Positions 62,505 through 64,000 of a DNA stretch of 64,000 bases are shown here, in pieces (position 1 is the first letter of the stretch; each line of letters starts with the position of its first letter). The stretch spans positions 2,480,001 to 2,544,000 of the forward strand of contig MU008159.1 in assembly GCA_010909165.1 (NCBI GenBank), in the 5' to 3' direction. The position numbers and the translations under genes were made by a program. This DNA comes from Anthoceros angustus. Its lineage: Eukaryota > Plantae > Anthocerotophyta. Below the pieces are notes generated by a model. It did no database searches. It was not told the origin of the DNA and saw nothing but the letters and a program-made list of their open reading frames with translations.

Positions 62505-64000
62505 TACAACACGGTGTTTAAAGCCCAATTGTACGTTGTAAATATGTTTGAGACGGCCGGATCGGCCTCTCTCATGTTTTACAACATACATACAACCTAA
62601 TCTAATTTACAACACGATCCATTGCAAACCCGCTGTACATTGTAAAGCGTTTAAGAGAGGCCAAGATAGGCCTCCCACAACTTTACAACATAGTCTAATT
62701 TACACAGCCGTTGCAAAGCGCTTGTTGTAAAATGTATGACAAGGCCGAGATCAGCCTCTGCGTTTACACCAAATTCACAACGTAGTCTCATGTACAAAGT
62801 CCATTGCAAAGCGATCTTGCGCGTTACGCCTCGGTCGGGCTTCGGTGCCATTGCGGTGCTTGGGTATTCTACCGATCTCGCTTCCATCGGCCAAGTCCAC
62901 CACGGCTACCACATCGCGTTCGCAGCGGTCATCGAACATAGTCATGATCCATGCCAAGCGACTATGTTAGTTTTTGCTTTGAGGCAAAAATGGCCTCACC
63001 ATCTATAGATTACATGTGCCCAGGCGGTCGCCACATGATGCATGCACTCGGCATGGTGATGCGTGAAAACATTTGGAAGCATATGTGCGGTGAATGAAGC
63101 TCTCCTAAAAAACATAGCATGAGTGCAAGGAAACGGCGGAGAGGCAATCAGACTCACGACCTTGCTAATTGTCCATCCGAGTTGCGAACAAAGTGCTCAC
63201 CTCATGTCTCCCATGTTTCAGTCTTGTCCGAGGAGTTGAACTCGCTTGTTGTGAATGATGGGTCATGGTGGGTCATGGTGCCTCACCTTCCAAGTGGAGC
63301 AAACCGGAAAACTGGTGGCGGGCATTTCATTGCCGTTCATAAATTGTACAATGTGTCGCCATTTCGACTGCATATGTATTTTGTTTTACATGGCGACCAA
63401 TCAACCATACGTGCCGCTCATCAATCGATCATGTCACTCGCACGGTCACGTAGCATGGATGACTCGTTCGTCTTCTTGCGGGCATCACCACCCATGCGTC
63501 ATCCATTATTCAAGACATTTGTACCGGTGTGACAAAGCGGTGCGGATGGATATCATGGCCGCCCATAATATATAACCAATTCTGTGTGGGGTCACGTACA
63601 TATTCCAGGTATGCGGGATGTGATCACCACAATGGGAGTTTGGGAGAGAACAACATCGATCGGATCATCACACCACCGGGGCAAGCCAAGTCCGGTGGGC
63701 ACCAAGGAGGGAGCATCTTGGTGACTCTGTGCGCTTTTCGAGCCTCCAAAATTATGCGTGAGAAGGAAAGGATTCCAGCGGTATGGCAATGGCATTTTAG
63801 GTCTTTTAGTCGCCACCATGGGCAAATTGGAGTGAGCATGCGTCGAGGTTTGGGCGGTATCAATTCCTTGCACGGCAACTTGCGGGCTGATTGGCAAGAC
63901 ATTGGAGTGGTGTTCCAAGTGGCGGCAACCATGGATGCCTTGACTTGGATCCTGGCCCTTGCCTTTGTACTCTATCTCCTTTCGAGCTATGGGTTGTCGA
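62505..64000 (-). mobile_element. Fragment of a third CACTA-like element: subterminal-type repeats plus ORF-X homologue running off the window
   Basis: TTGTAAA/TTTACAAC motifs at 62505-62735, as in 12985-14105; minus-strand frames GGSKSAQSHQDAPSL, GGHDIHPHRFVTPVQMS, SIDERHVWLIG, PKPDRGVTRK resemble element-1 ORF-X. Confidence 0.5.

Overview
Eukaryotic land-plant genomic DNA (short GT-AG introns, PLS-type PPR remnant, plant-type Copia and CACTA elements; the PPR style hints at a non-seed plant, low confidence). The only intact host gene is an 11-exon ankyrin-repeat Raf-like kinase of the ILK/BHP family (3515-6040, +, 451 aa by manual splicing) with degenerate catalytic motifs. It is followed by repeat arrays, a truncated enoyl-CoA hydratase pseudogene and a PPR pseudogene. 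From 16290 onward the window is a transposon nest. An outer CACTA element has its transposase split by Copia-1 (18353-27214, TSD ATGGA). It also hosts a second CACTA-superfamily element with CCCTA termini (33820-59718, TSD TAA), which in turn holds Copia-2 (45741-54382, TSD TCATG). Fragments of a third Copia and a third CACTA-like element close the window. Most notable: (i) both full-length Copia elements have non-canonical LTR ends (TA..CA and AG..CT); (ii) two diverged Copia elements share a conserved antisense ORF between pol and the 3' LTR, and both full-length ones carry an extra ORF upstream of gag; (iii) three CACTA-type elements share an unrecognised accessory gene, and the CCCTA element has a TnpA-like gene on each arm. 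Many 0.4-1.6 kb indel-rich tandem duplications suggest an error-prone long-read consensus, so frameshifts inside repeats should not be taken at face value. All alignments were made by eye; no database search was run.
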